From: Thermodesulfobacteriota bacterium
Lineage (GTDB): Bacteria; Desulfobacterota; Binatia; Bin18
Reading direction: 5' to 3'
NCBI GenBank assembly: GCA_964291405.2
Contig: OZ219926.1
Coordinates: forward strand, 352,001 to 416,000
Length of the DNA stretch: 64,000 nucleotides
The stretch's first letter is position 1. Each line of letters starts with the position of its first letter. Shown piece after piece: positions 18,522 to 27,203 of this stretch. The notes under the pieces were generated by a model. That model saw nothing but the letters and a program-made list of their open reading frames with translations, did no database searches and was not told the DNA's origin. The translations under genes and the position numbers were made by a program.

Positions 18522-18586
18522 GGCCTACTCTCACCCTAGCCCTCTCCCAGTAAGGAAAGGGAAGCGGAGCACGGGAATAGGAAAGC

Positions 18587-20173
18587 ATGGATTCCGATAC
18601 TCAGACGCACCCGTACCAGCCGACGGACAGTTTTGACGGCGGAGACCTCGACTGTGGCAATGGTTTGTTGTTGCTGATCCGCAAGCATATTGATCCCCTT
18701 ACCCCAGGCCAACTGCTCGAAATCCTGTCCACCGAAACCTCGGTGGTCGAAGACCTGCCGGCCTGGTGCCGTCTGACCGGAAACGACTTGGTCTCCCACA
18801 TCAGCCGGGGCAAGCAGAACAGCTTCCTGGTTTCAAAAGGTCCGGCTCCGGACCTCCGCTCCGCTGAGCCTGAGCTAGCGACTCCCTCAAAAAAGAACAA
18901 GAAGAAGACGAAACACCGTTCAGCACGCGAAAAGGAATACGCGCCGATTACCCAGCCCATCGCCGAGGTCGTGATTCCCGACCACCTGCCGCAGCCTGCC
19001 CCGGCTCCGAGCGTTGCCCCGCTGTCTGTCATGGGCGTCGGCAGTTGGCCGCGACCACCCTGGCTGCTGCGTGCCCTCAACGATCATCTCGAAGGCCGCA
19101 TGTCGGCCGAAGAATTTGACCAGACCGCCGATGATGCCGTGCGACTGACGGTGGCCGCCCAGCAGCGTGCCGGTGTCGATGTTCTCACCGACGGCGAGCA
19201 GCGTCGGGATAACTACGCCAGCTTCGTCGGCGGGCTGCTCGATAACTGCCAGCTGATTCCCATTACCGACCTCCTGCCGTATGTCGACGATCCCGAAGAG
19301 TTCGAGCGCGAGTTGCGTGCCTTGGACGTCCCGGCCGGCAAGGTACGCCATCCGGCCGTTTTCGGACCGTTGGGCAGAAGCCGTTCGCTAACCGTTCACG
19401 AGGCAAATTTTCTTACCAGCCTGACCGACCGGCCACTCAAGGTTGCCCTGCCCGGTCCCTATCTGTTGACCCGCACAATGTGGATGGAGTGCATCTCCGA
19501 CCGAGCCTATGACACGCGGGAAGAACTCGCCATAGATGTCGTCCGGGTCTTACGCGAGGAACTCCACTACTTGCTCGCTGCTGGCGTCTCGCTGGTTCAA
19601 CTGGACGAACCCGTTCTGACCGAGGTCGTCTTCAGCGGCACCTCAAACAATCGCACCTTTATGTGTGGTGCGCTGGGAGAGAAGCGCGAGGCCGCTGCGG
19701 AGTTGGCCTTTGCCGAATCGCTCATTAATCAGACGGTCGCCAATCTGCCCCAAGAACGACTGGCGCTGCATATCTGTCGCGGCAACTGGACGCCGGATGA
19801 AAGCGTGGCCCTGGCCGGCGACTATGAGCCCCTTCTACCCCTATTGAAGAAAGTCGCAGTAGGCACGCTCATGCTGGAGCTCTGCACGCCTCGGGCTGGA
19901 GATGAGGCCGTTTTGCGCGGCCTGCCGGACGACCGGCGCGTCGGCGTTGGGGTTGTGAATCAGAAGACGCAAAGCCTTGAGACAGTAGACCAGATTGTCA
20001 CAAAGGCGGAGAAGGCCATTCGTCTTTTTGGGGCCGAGCGTCTCCTCCTGACCCCCGACTGCGGCTTTGCCACGTTTGCGGATAATCCTATCGCGTCAGC
20101 CACGCTTGCCGAACAAAAACTGACGGCCATCACTCAGGCTGCGACCATCCTTCGCGACCGGCACGGCCTATAG
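18587..20173 (+). CDS. TusA-like sulfurtransferase domain fused to a catalytic-barrel-only cobalamin-independent methionine synthase (MetE-like)
   Basis: N-terminal DGGDLDCG...EDLPAWC; C-terminal GSWPRP, TDGEQRR, QLDEP, HICRGN and TPDCGF Zn-ligand motifs. Confidence 0.85.
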   Translation: MDSDTQTHPYQPTDSFDGGDLDCGNGLLLLIRKHIDPLTPGQLLEILSTETSVVEDLPAWCRLTGNDLVSHISRGKQNSFLVSKGPAPDLRSAEPELATPSKKNKKKTKHRSAREKEYAPITQPIAEVVIPDHLPQPAPAPSVAPLSVMGVGSWPRPPWLLRALNDHLEGRMSAEEFDQTADDAVRLTVAAQQRAGVDVLTDGEQRRDNYASFVGGLLDNCQLIPITDLLPYVDDPEEFERELRALDVPAGKVRHPAVFGPLGRSRSLTVHEANFLTSLTDRPLKVALPGPYLLTRTMWMECISDRAYDTREELAIDVVRVLREELHYLLAAGVSLVQLDEPVLTEVVFSGTSNNRTFMCGALGEKREAAAELAFAESLINQTVANLPQERLALHICRGNWTPDESVALAGDYEPLLPLLKKVAVGTLMLELCTPRAGDEAVLRGLPDDRRVGVGVVNQKTQSLETVDQIVTKAEKAIRLFGAERLLLTPDCGFATFADNPIASATLAEQKLTAITQAATILRDRHGL

Positions 20174-20292
20174 GTCTGTGGTTGCCGGCCCACCCCGCCC
20201 GGAAGAACGCCGGACAGCCCCTACACACGTCGGTTTGAGCCATCCCTGAATCCTGGCTCCTCGCCTATCCAGTCTGGTGTGGAGCAATACTC

Positions 20293-20309
20293 TTACAACC
20301 CAATTGCAA
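20293..20309. promoter_or_regulatory. Putative Fur/Zur operator, copy 1
   Basis: TTACAA-CCCAA-TTGCAA upstream of the His-rich gene. Confidence 0.6.
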
Positions 20310-20386
20310 ATACATTAAACCCTTGATATTAGACTCCCGTCCATCAAGAGAGAAAAGCTCCCTTGTGAGAAAAGGAAGTAAGAATC

Positions 20387-23300
20387 ATGCGCGATAAGAG
20401 TATTATATCCCTCCAGAGCTTCATCATCCGCTGGAGTGTCGCTTTCCTCCTGCTGTTCGTCTGGGCACTGCCGGCCCTGGCCCAAGACGATGGGCAGCTC
20501 ATCGTCGCCGACCCGGCAGCAGAGAAGCTCTACGTCTATGAACTCCCGTCACTCACCCTAAAGGCGGAGTTCGATAACATACGCATGGCTCCACAGGCGG
20601 GTTTTCTTCCCCTCAAAGGAGAACGGCTCATTTTTATCAATGAAGAGGCCGCTCCGCAGGACGAGCACGGCCATCAGGACGAGCACGGCCATCAGGATGA
20701 GCACGGCCATCAGGATGAGCACGGCCACGCTGACACCCACAGCGAGACCATTCCGAGCGGCGAGATGATCATGCTCAAGATGAATCTCAGAGGGGAGCCG
20801 GCCATCATTGGCCGTGTAGTCGTGAGCTGGACGGGTGGAGTCGGCCAGATTGCCGTGCATCCAAAGATGGAATTTGCCGCAGTTGCTTCGGGCGCAGTCT
20901 CCACTGAGGAAGGTGACCACGAAGACGAACACGGTCACGAAGACGAACACGGCCACGAAGACGAACACGGCCATGAAGACGAACATGGTCACGAAGACGA
21001 ACACGGCCATGAAGACGAACACGGTCACGAAGACGAACACGGCCATGAAGACGAACACGGCCATGAGCACGGCACGGGCGGCGGGTCAGTCTCCGTGATC
21101 GATTTACGTTGGTGGACTTCCTCGTCCTACAGCACCATTGCAACGAACCCGATTGAGAGTGAAGCGCCCGGTATAGCCATCGCCAGAAGCCCCGACATGC
21201 TTTTGCAGAGCCTCGGAAGCGAGCTGCCTTTTGCGTATAGCGCTCAGGCTCATGATGAGGCGGGTGAAGACGAACATGAGCATGATCACGAGGGCGAAGA
21301 CGATCACGAGGGCGAAGACGACCACGAGGGCGAAGACGACCACGAGGACGACCACGAAGGCGACCACGAGGGCGAAGACGACCACGAGGGCGAAGACGAC
21401 CACGCGCATGAGGACGAGCAGCCAATCGGCCGTCTGCTCGTCGGCGACGGAGATACGGGCGCCCTTTCGGTCATTGACTTGGAGCACGGCGATGTCGAGC
21501 AGGACGCCTTCGACATGGGATCGCGCGCCGGACGCATATACGCCACCAAGAGCGGGCGTTTCGCCATCGCCGTGGCCACCGATGCCAACAACGTCCATGT
21601 CTTCGACGGCGGCATATACGAGGAGGAGCACGGCGACCATTTCGACTTGATCAATAATCCGGTGCAGAGGCTGGACCTCGATTTATCCGGCGACCGCCCG
21701 GCGCATCTGTCCGTGGGCGGCGAGTGGGCCGCTATCTTTTATGACGGCTCCGGCAATGTCGTGCTGCTCAACGAACGTGAGCTGGAAGAGGAAGGCGCAG
21801 ATTACTCGCCGCCAGTCTTCAATATCGGCCCTCAGCATGGGGGGGCGGTTCCGCTGTATGACGGACTGATAGCCACCACGACCCAGCACCCGGATTACGA
21901 TTCCTCCCCCGCTGATTACCGCCTCCCTGTCGGCGCCGACATCCGCGACCTCGCCGGTAACGTGCTGTACAGCGCCACTGGTTGCGACGGCCTGCACGGC
22001 GACGCCGGCAACGGCCATGTCGCCGTCTTCGGCTGCATCGGCGGGGTATTGGCAATCGAGGCACACGACGGTCAGTATGGACACGTATTCATACCTCCCC
22101 CAGCGGGCGAACCTGACGATTTCCGTCTGACTTCAGTATGGGGATACGCCGGCTTGGACCACTTCTTTGCCCTCGGCTCTGCAGTGGGGCTGTATGTGGT
22201 GGAGCCGGAAGAAGGAAGCATGACGCAACTCATCCCGGCCAGCGAAGAGCTCCGGCCGATAAACGTCGCCATCAGCCACGACGGCCATGCCCTGCTGGTG
22301 ATGATGGGCGACGGTGAACTGCGGATGTACGACGCCAAAGACCTCGATCTGCTGGCATCGGCGACCGGCTTCCTGACCACTCCAGTGGAGAGCGGCTTCT
22401 GGGGCCGTCCGCATATCGCCACCGCTCCCGGTGCGGTCTTCGTCACCGACTCGGTGGGCGACAAGGTACTGCAACTCGATTCCCACGACCTCGACGTAGT
22501 GCGGCATTGGGATGTCACCGGCAACCCCACCAAGGTCGCCTTCGTCGGCATCAAGGGAGAACCCGACACTCACGGCCATGACCACGAGGGCGAGGACGAC
22601 CATGAGGGTGAGGACGACCACGACCACGAAGGCGAGGACGACCACGAAGGCGAGGACGACCACGAGGGCGAGGACGACCACGAAGGCGAGGACGACCATG
22701 AGGGTGAGGACGACCACGACCACGAAGGCGAGGACGACCACGAAGGCGAGGACGACCACGGACATCACGAAGAAGGTATTCATGAAGCCTTTCGTCTCAG
22801 TCGCCTCATCAGCAACGAAGAGGCATTCCTCAGCGATGTTGAATTAGGTTCCCGGCCTCAGGGCGATGTGATCAGCCATAAGCTGAAAGTCTATTGCTCA
22901 GCGACTGACATGGGCATTGAGTGCTCAGACATCGATGGCGGTAATCTGACGCCTGGTATCACCTTGCCCTATGACACTGCTGAGCGCAGTGGAGGGCGCG
23001 CGGTGTATGTGCGCCTTGCCGATGACCAGCGGACGGTTTTCTCCTTTATTCGGGATGATGCTGCGGACCCAGACGACTGGACCACATGGTCAAACGACGC
23101 CTATATCGGCAACCTCGAAACTGGAGATGTCACCCGAGTCGCTCTTGGTCCGGGACTACTGCATCGCTTTGCCCTGTCCGAAACCGTGGCGCTCTACATC
23201 CTGCAAGGCCCGCAGGGCGACCGCGCATTCCTGCTTGATGCCGATCCCCAGTCTCCCACATTCACGCAGATTAGGGCCACGATTGCGCTTCCGGCCTTAC

Positions 23301-23542
23301 AGGAGCCACTTGATCCGGACTTATCGCCATTTGCAGCGGGACAGCAGTTGCGACTGCCAGCACTGACTCCAGACGGGCAATGGGGGTTTGTCACACACGG
23401 CGGAGATGGCCTGATCTCGGTCATCAATACGGCTCAGGCAGAAATCATCCAACAGCTTGAGGTTCCCACACCGCTGGGCGGTGGAGGCTATGTCACTGCC
23501 GTCCAGAAAAAAATGAAGCTGTCAGATACGATTGGACGCTAG
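20387..23542 (+). CDS. Secreted His/Asp/Glu-repeat beta-propeller protein containing an AztD-like zinc metallochaperone domain
   Basis: Signal peptide ending ALA-Q; four 18-bp-unit His tracts; central domain with HGDH, PAH, CDGLHG and FGC motifs. Confidence 0.75.
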   Translation: MRDKSIISLQSFIIRWSVAFLLLFVWALPALAQDDGQLIVADPAAEKLYVYELPSLTLKAEFDNIRMAPQAGFLPLKGERLIFINEEAAPQDEHGHQDEHGHQDEHGHQDEHGHADTHSETIPSGEMIMLKMNLRGEPAIIGRVVVSWTGGVGQIAVHPKMEFAAVASGAVSTEEGDHEDEHGHEDEHGHEDEHGHEDEHGHEDEHGHEDEHGHEDEHGHEDEHGHEHGTGGGSVSVIDLRWWTSSSYSTIATNPIESEAPGIAIARSPDMLLQSLGSELPFAYSAQAHDEAGEDEHEHDHEGEDDHEGEDDHEGEDDHEDDHEGDHEGEDDHEGEDDHAHEDEQPIGRLLVGDGDTGALSVIDLEHGDVEQDAFDMGSRAGRIYATKSGRFAIAVATDANNVHVFDGGIYEEEHGDHFDLINNPVQRLDLDLSGDRPAHLSVGGEWAAIFYDGSGNVVLLNERELEEEGADYSPPVFNIGPQHGGAVPLYDGLIATTTQHPDYDSSPADYRLPVGADIRDLAGNVLYSATGCDGLHGDAGNGHVAVFGCIGGVLAIEAHDGQYGHVFIPPPAGEPDDFRLTSVWGYAGLDHFFALGSAVGLYVVEPEEGSMTQLIPASEELRPINVAISHDGHALLVMMGDGELRMYDAKDLDLLASATGFLTTPVESGFWGRPHIATAPGAVFVTDSVGDKVLQLDSHDLDVVRHWDVTGNPTKVAFVGIKGEPDTHGHDHEGEDDHEGEDDHDHEGEDDHEGEDDHEGEDDHEGEDDHEGEDDHDHEGEDDHEGEDDHGHHEEGIHEAFRLSRLISNEEAFLSDVELGSRPQGDVISHKLKVYCSATDMGIECSDIDGGNLTPGITLPYDTAERSGGRAVYVRLADDQRTVFSFIRDDAADPDDWTTWSNDAYIGNLETGDVTRVALGPGLLHRFALSETVALYILQGPQGDRAFLLDADPQSPTFTQIRATIALPALQEPLDPDLSPFAAGQQLRLPALTPDGQWGFVTHGGDGLISVINTAQAEIIQQLEVPTPLGGGGYVTAVQKKMKLSDTIGR
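20657..20728 (+). repeat. Coding 18-bp tandem repeat (QDEHGH)x4
   Basis: CAGGAYGAGCACGGCCAY x4. Confidence 0.9.
20918..21073 (+). repeat. Coding 18-bp tandem repeat (HEDEHG)x8
   Basis: CAYGAAGACGAACAYGGY units. Confidence 0.9.
21287..21403 (+). repeat. Coding tandem repeat (HEGEDD)n, left of the AztD-like domain
   Basis: CACGAGGGCGAAGACGAY units. Confidence 0.88.
22582..22770 (+). repeat. Coding tandem repeat (HEGEDD)n, right of the AztD-like domain
   Basis: CAYGARGGYGAGGACGAC units. Confidence 0.88.
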
Positions 23543-23715
23543 AGCAAATCACGATGTTGTGGAGTGCGGGCTTCCAGCCCGCATGGCGGCCAGGATGGCC
23601 GCCCTCCCAGGAGGGGGCCTTCTCGGCGAGCGCGGACTGTGACTACAACGTATCGTGAAACGCCCTAGGGTTGCGGGCCCTCGCCTCTGAGCGCGGGCCG
23701 GGCTACCGTCCGCGT

Positions 23716-24162
23716 CTAGGCCGCACAACGATCGCACCGGCCGGTGAGTTGCACTTCAAAATGGTGATTTCTGATCGCACGAGGCGTACGGTCTGGTGCA
23801 GATACCTCGATGTTCGTATCGGGCAGACACTCGACCTCGCCACAGTCAATACAGGTAAAATGAGGATGTTGTTCGGTCTGGCCGTGCGCCTTGTCACGTA
23901 ATTCAAAACGCCAGACGTGATCGCCATGATCCGTTCGCGACAAGAGGCCGGCGTCAGTCAGGTCAATGAGATTCCGGTAGAGCGTCGCCCGGTCCAATCC
24001 CGCCGGCTCCAGGGCTTCAGCGATCTCCGCATGACTCATAGGAGTAATTGCCTGCTGAAGCCGCTGCAACACAGCAACACGGGGACCTGTGCTCCGTAGC
24101 CCAGTGGATCGAACCAGGGCACGGAGTTCTGCGATTGATCGAACGATCCTTTCTTTTTTCAT
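23716..24162 (-). CDS. Fur family transcriptional regulator (probably Zur-like)
   Basis: GLRSTGPR, ATLYRNL, HPHFTCIDC and C-terminal CDRC motifs; the start is uncertain. Confidence 0.88.
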   Translation of the reverse strand: MKKERIVRSIAELRALVRSTGLRSTGPRVAVLQRLQQAITPMSHAEIAEALEPAGLDRATLYRNLIDLTDAGLLSRTDHGDHVWRFELRDKAHGQTEQHPHFTCIDCGEVECLPDTNIEVSAPDRTPRAIRNHHFEVQLTGRCDRCAA

Positions 24163-24307
24163 AGCGTCACCTATCCTACCGATTTCTGTAGCCTCCGGCA
24201 AGAAAAAATTGCCGCAGGTCTGCCGCTTACAACCGACAGCGGAAGGCCACGTGCCTCCCCACTCCACACTTCTCCCTCTATATGAAACCTTCGTCATAAT
24301 AATCTTT

Positions 24308-24324
24308 TTACAATATAGTTGCAA
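24308..24324. promoter_or_regulatory. Putative Fur/Zur operator, copy 2
   Basis: TTACAA-TATAG-TTGCAA between fur and the COG0523 gene. Confidence 0.6.
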
Positions 24325-24526
24325 ATACATCAAATACTTGATATTAGAGACCCCGTGATGGACCGCATTTCGTTTTCCCAGGGTTCACCGTCTCTCAATC
24401 CCTCTCCGGGCAGAGGAGAGAGGGTGCTATGAGCGCCTGCCTTCCTTGCCCGGCCCCCCGACAGAGTTTCCCTCCTGTTACTCTGTTGGGGGTGCCTTTT
24501 TGTCTCACTCGGCTGTCTTTTGCGTT

Positions 24527-25465
24527 ATGCTGTCTGTAAAAACGCTATTCGAGCACGCTCCCAGCATCCCCATCTACGTCATTTCCGGTTTCCTGGGGAG
24601 CGGCAAGACAACCTTCCTGCGGGGCCTCCTGGCTTATACCGCGTCACAGGGTCTCAAGCCGGCGGTTCTGATTAACGATTATGGAGACGTGAGCACCGAT
24701 GGTGAACGCCTCCGGGGGCAAGGCTATCCGACCAAAACGTTTGCCGATGGTTGTATTTGCTGTACGCTGCGGCCGGATCTGAACTCCGCCCTCACGGCTC
24801 TCATCACCCAGCAGCCCGATGTCATCTTTATCGAAGCAACCGGGCTGGCCGATCCTGTCCGCCTGTTGGATCAACTCACACAGATAGAGATGCTGTCACG
24901 CGCGTTTGTTGCCGCGATGATTGCCGTTATCGACGTGCGGGGCTCATCCCAACAGATGGCAGGCTATGGCATGCATTCATTTACTGAGACGGCAGACTTC
25001 GTCTTGATTAACAAATGTGACCTCGCCCATTGGATGCAGCTCGCAAGAACGGCTCAAGAAGTCCAACGCAAAAACTCCCGAGCCAAAATTCTCCTGACCA
25101 CCTACGCCGAGGTGGACTTTTCTGAGGTGCTGAGTCAGCAGGGGACTCGGACGGCCCCCACCACTGCTCGCGCACCTCAGCATGACCATTTCCATACACT
25201 GACCTATCGCGCTCCGTGTTCCTTTATACCGGAGCCCTTCGCCGAAGTGATGCAAGCACTACCCGACGAAGTCTGGCGGGCGAAGGGCTTCGTTCGCTTT
25301 CACGACTCCTCAAAACAGTGGGAATTACAGTTTACTGGAAAAGAGTTTTTTATCGGACAGGTAGCCCTGACCCCACAACCTCAGGATCATCTGGTGTTTA
25401 TTGGCGCGGCGTTTGACCGCTCGGCGCTTCTTGCCGCGCTCGATTCATGTCTCGTACCGCACTAG
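24527..25465 (+). CDS. COG0523/CobW-family G3E metallochaperone GTPase
   Basis: GFLGSGKTT, GCICC, IEATGLADP, INKCD and WRAKG motifs; the start is uncertain. Confidence 0.9.
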   Translation: MLSVKTLFEHAPSIPIYVISGFLGSGKTTFLRGLLAYTASQGLKPAVLINDYGDVSTDGERLRGQGYPTKTFADGCICCTLRPDLNSALTALITQQPDVIFIEATGLADPVRLLDQLTQIEMLSRAFVAAMIAVIDVRGSSQQMAGYGMHSFTETADFVLINKCDLAHWMQLARTAQEVQRKNSRAKILLTTYAEVDFSEVLSQQGTRTAPTTARAPQHDHFHTLTYRAPCSFIPEPFAEVMQALPDEVWRAKGFVRFHDSSKQWELQFTGKEFFIGQVALTPQPQDHLVFIGAAFDRSALLAALDSCLVPH

Positions 25466-25487
25466 GACCATGGCAATCCCGGTCGGC

Positions 25488-25540
25488 TTGACAATCTCTG
25501 GTCGTTCTTTAATGATGTTTCTATTACAACTATTATGCAA
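25488..25540 (+). promoter_or_regulatory. Sigma70-like promoter with Fur/Zur operator copy 3
   Basis: TTGACA (25488), 17 nt, AATGAT, then TTACAA-CTATT-ATGCAA (25524-25540) just before the RBS. Confidence 0.6.
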
Positions 25541-25552
25541 CAAGGAATCCCC

Positions 25553-27199
25553 ATGCGCACAACACTCGTGATCGCTCTCATATCGGCCACCTCCATCCTT
25601 TTGTCCCCGCCGGGCGCCAGCGCCCAGGCCGGCGACCCGGCCGAGGTCCAAGCCCTGCGCAGTCAGGTTGACCGTCTTGAGCAAACTGTCGAGCAACTCC
25701 AGCAAACCATTTTGCAAATGCAGAAGGACTCGACCTCACGAGATCAAGTACTCAAGCAACAAGTCGAGGCACAAGAAGCGCAAGTCCAGGCAATACAGCG
25801 GCAGCAAGTTGATCGTATGGCCGCCCAAGTTGACTCTCCGTTAGACCAGGCGCTGGATGAACTCGGCGTCCCGGATTTTGAGCCAGCAGCACCGGACCGG
25901 CGGGCGCTCTGGTCACAGCCGCTGGGCGGGGGCGCGCAATTGCGCTTGATTGACATTGCGGCCGATGTGCTGTTCTTCGCCGGCGGCTCCAGCGAGCGAG
26001 ACGCCGCGATTTCAACGCTCCAGGGTGGTAGCCACGACCCGAAACAGCGCGGCTTCACCCTGGGTCAGGCCGAGTTTTCCCTGTCCGGCGCGGTTGACCC
26101 CTACTTTACCGGCGATGCGCATATTCTCACCTCGGTCAACCCAAGCACCGGCGAGACCACGCTTGAGCTTGAAGAGGCATTTCTCACCTCGTCGGCCCTG
26201 CCCTATGACCTTCAGCTTGAGGTCGGCCATTTTCTGACCGAGTTCGGTCAGATCAACCCGCAACACCCCCACTTCTGGGATTGGATCGATCAACCGGTGG
26301 TCAACTCTCGTATGTTCGGCGGAGACGGCATGCGGCAGGCCGGTTTTCGGGCTTCGTGGCTTCCTCCCACACCGTGGTTCTCCGAGTTTCACTTCGGCAT
26401 GCAGAACGCCAATGGCGTGACCATGGCCAGCTTCCTGGGCGGAGAACTGGCCCATGCCCATGGGGGCGGCGGCCACGGCGGTGAAGACGAACACGGCCAC
26501 GGCGGTGAAGACGAACACGGCCACGCTCAGGAGCCGACCGGCGGCATTCATGGTGACGGCATCGCCGGCCGGCCGATTGTTGCCCAGGACGTGCGCGGCT
26601 TTGGAGATTTCCTCTATCTGACTCGTTTGGAAAACTCGTTCAACTTTACCGACGACGTGACCGCGGTGTTCGGCCTGTCCGGTCTGTACGGGCCAAACTC
26701 GACCGGGCGGGATGCCGACACCTGGCTATATGGGCTGGACATGAAGTGGCGCTGGCAGCCGCCCAGCAATTTCGGCTATCCGTTCCTGACCTGGCAGACC
26801 GAGATCATGAAGCGCGACTATCACGTGGCCCGCTATACTCAGGAAACCGAGACCGGCGATCTCGCCACCCTGCCGGGCCGCACCCTCAAGGACTGGGGTC
26901 TGTACACCCAGCTTTTGTACGGGTTTCAGACCAATTGGGCCGCCGGCCTGCGCTATGAGTACGCCGGCGGGAGTGGGCAGAGCATCGGCGGACGTAAGAA
27001 CGACCCGTTCCGTGATGACCGCCACCGCCTCTCTCCGTTGCTGGTCTGGCGGCCGACCGAGTTCTCGCGCATCCGGCTCCAGTACAACTACGATATCGCC
27101 AGCCACCTCAATGACGACGCGCATACCATCTGGCTCGGCTTCGAGTGGCTGTACGGGCCCACGCCGCGCACAACTTCTAAGCCAACAGCAGGAGAATAA
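25553..27199 (+). CDS. Outer-membrane beta-barrel/porin with an N-terminal coiled coil and a His-rich loop; probable 1-nt frameshift near the C-terminus (corrected stop 27180)
   Basis: Signal peptide, coiled coil, GAVDPYF, LEEAF, NPQHPHFW and EFSRIRLQYNY motifs. Confidence 0.75.
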   Translation: MRTTLVIALISATSILLSPPGASAQAGDPAEVQALRSQVDRLEQTVEQLQQTILQMQKDSTSRDQVLKQQVEAQEAQVQAIQRQQVDRMAAQVDSPLDQALDELGVPDFEPAAPDRRALWSQPLGGGAQLRLIDIAADVLFFAGGSSERDAAISTLQGGSHDPKQRGFTLGQAEFSLSGAVDPYFTGDAHILTSVNPSTGETTLELEEAFLTSSALPYDLQLEVGHFLTEFGQINPQHPHFWDWIDQPVVNSRMFGGDGMRQAGFRASWLPPTPWFSEFHFGMQNANGVTMASFLGGELAHAHGGGGHGGEDEHGHGGEDEHGHAQEPTGGIHGDGIAGRPIVAQDVRGFGDFLYLTRLENSFNFTDDVTAVFGLSGLYGPNSTGRDADTWLYGLDMKWRWQPPSNFGYPFLTWQTEIMKRDYHVARYTQETETGDLATLPGRTLKDWGLYTQLLYGFQTNWAAGLRYEYAGGSGQSIGGRKNDPFRDDRHRLSPLLVWRPTEFSRIRLQYNYDIASHLNDDAHTIWLGFEWLYGPTPRTTSKPTAGE

Positions 27200-27203
27200 G
27201 CCC

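Noticed and set aside
20657-22770. Regular short repeats resembling a CRISPR array
   Set aside because: They are contiguous 18-bp in-frame coding units with synonymous variation; there are no unique spacers and no cas genes.
26955-27203. 83-aa extension of the ZnuA-like protein
   Set aside because: It overlaps the barrel gene; the signal peptide and RBS indicate a start at 27204.
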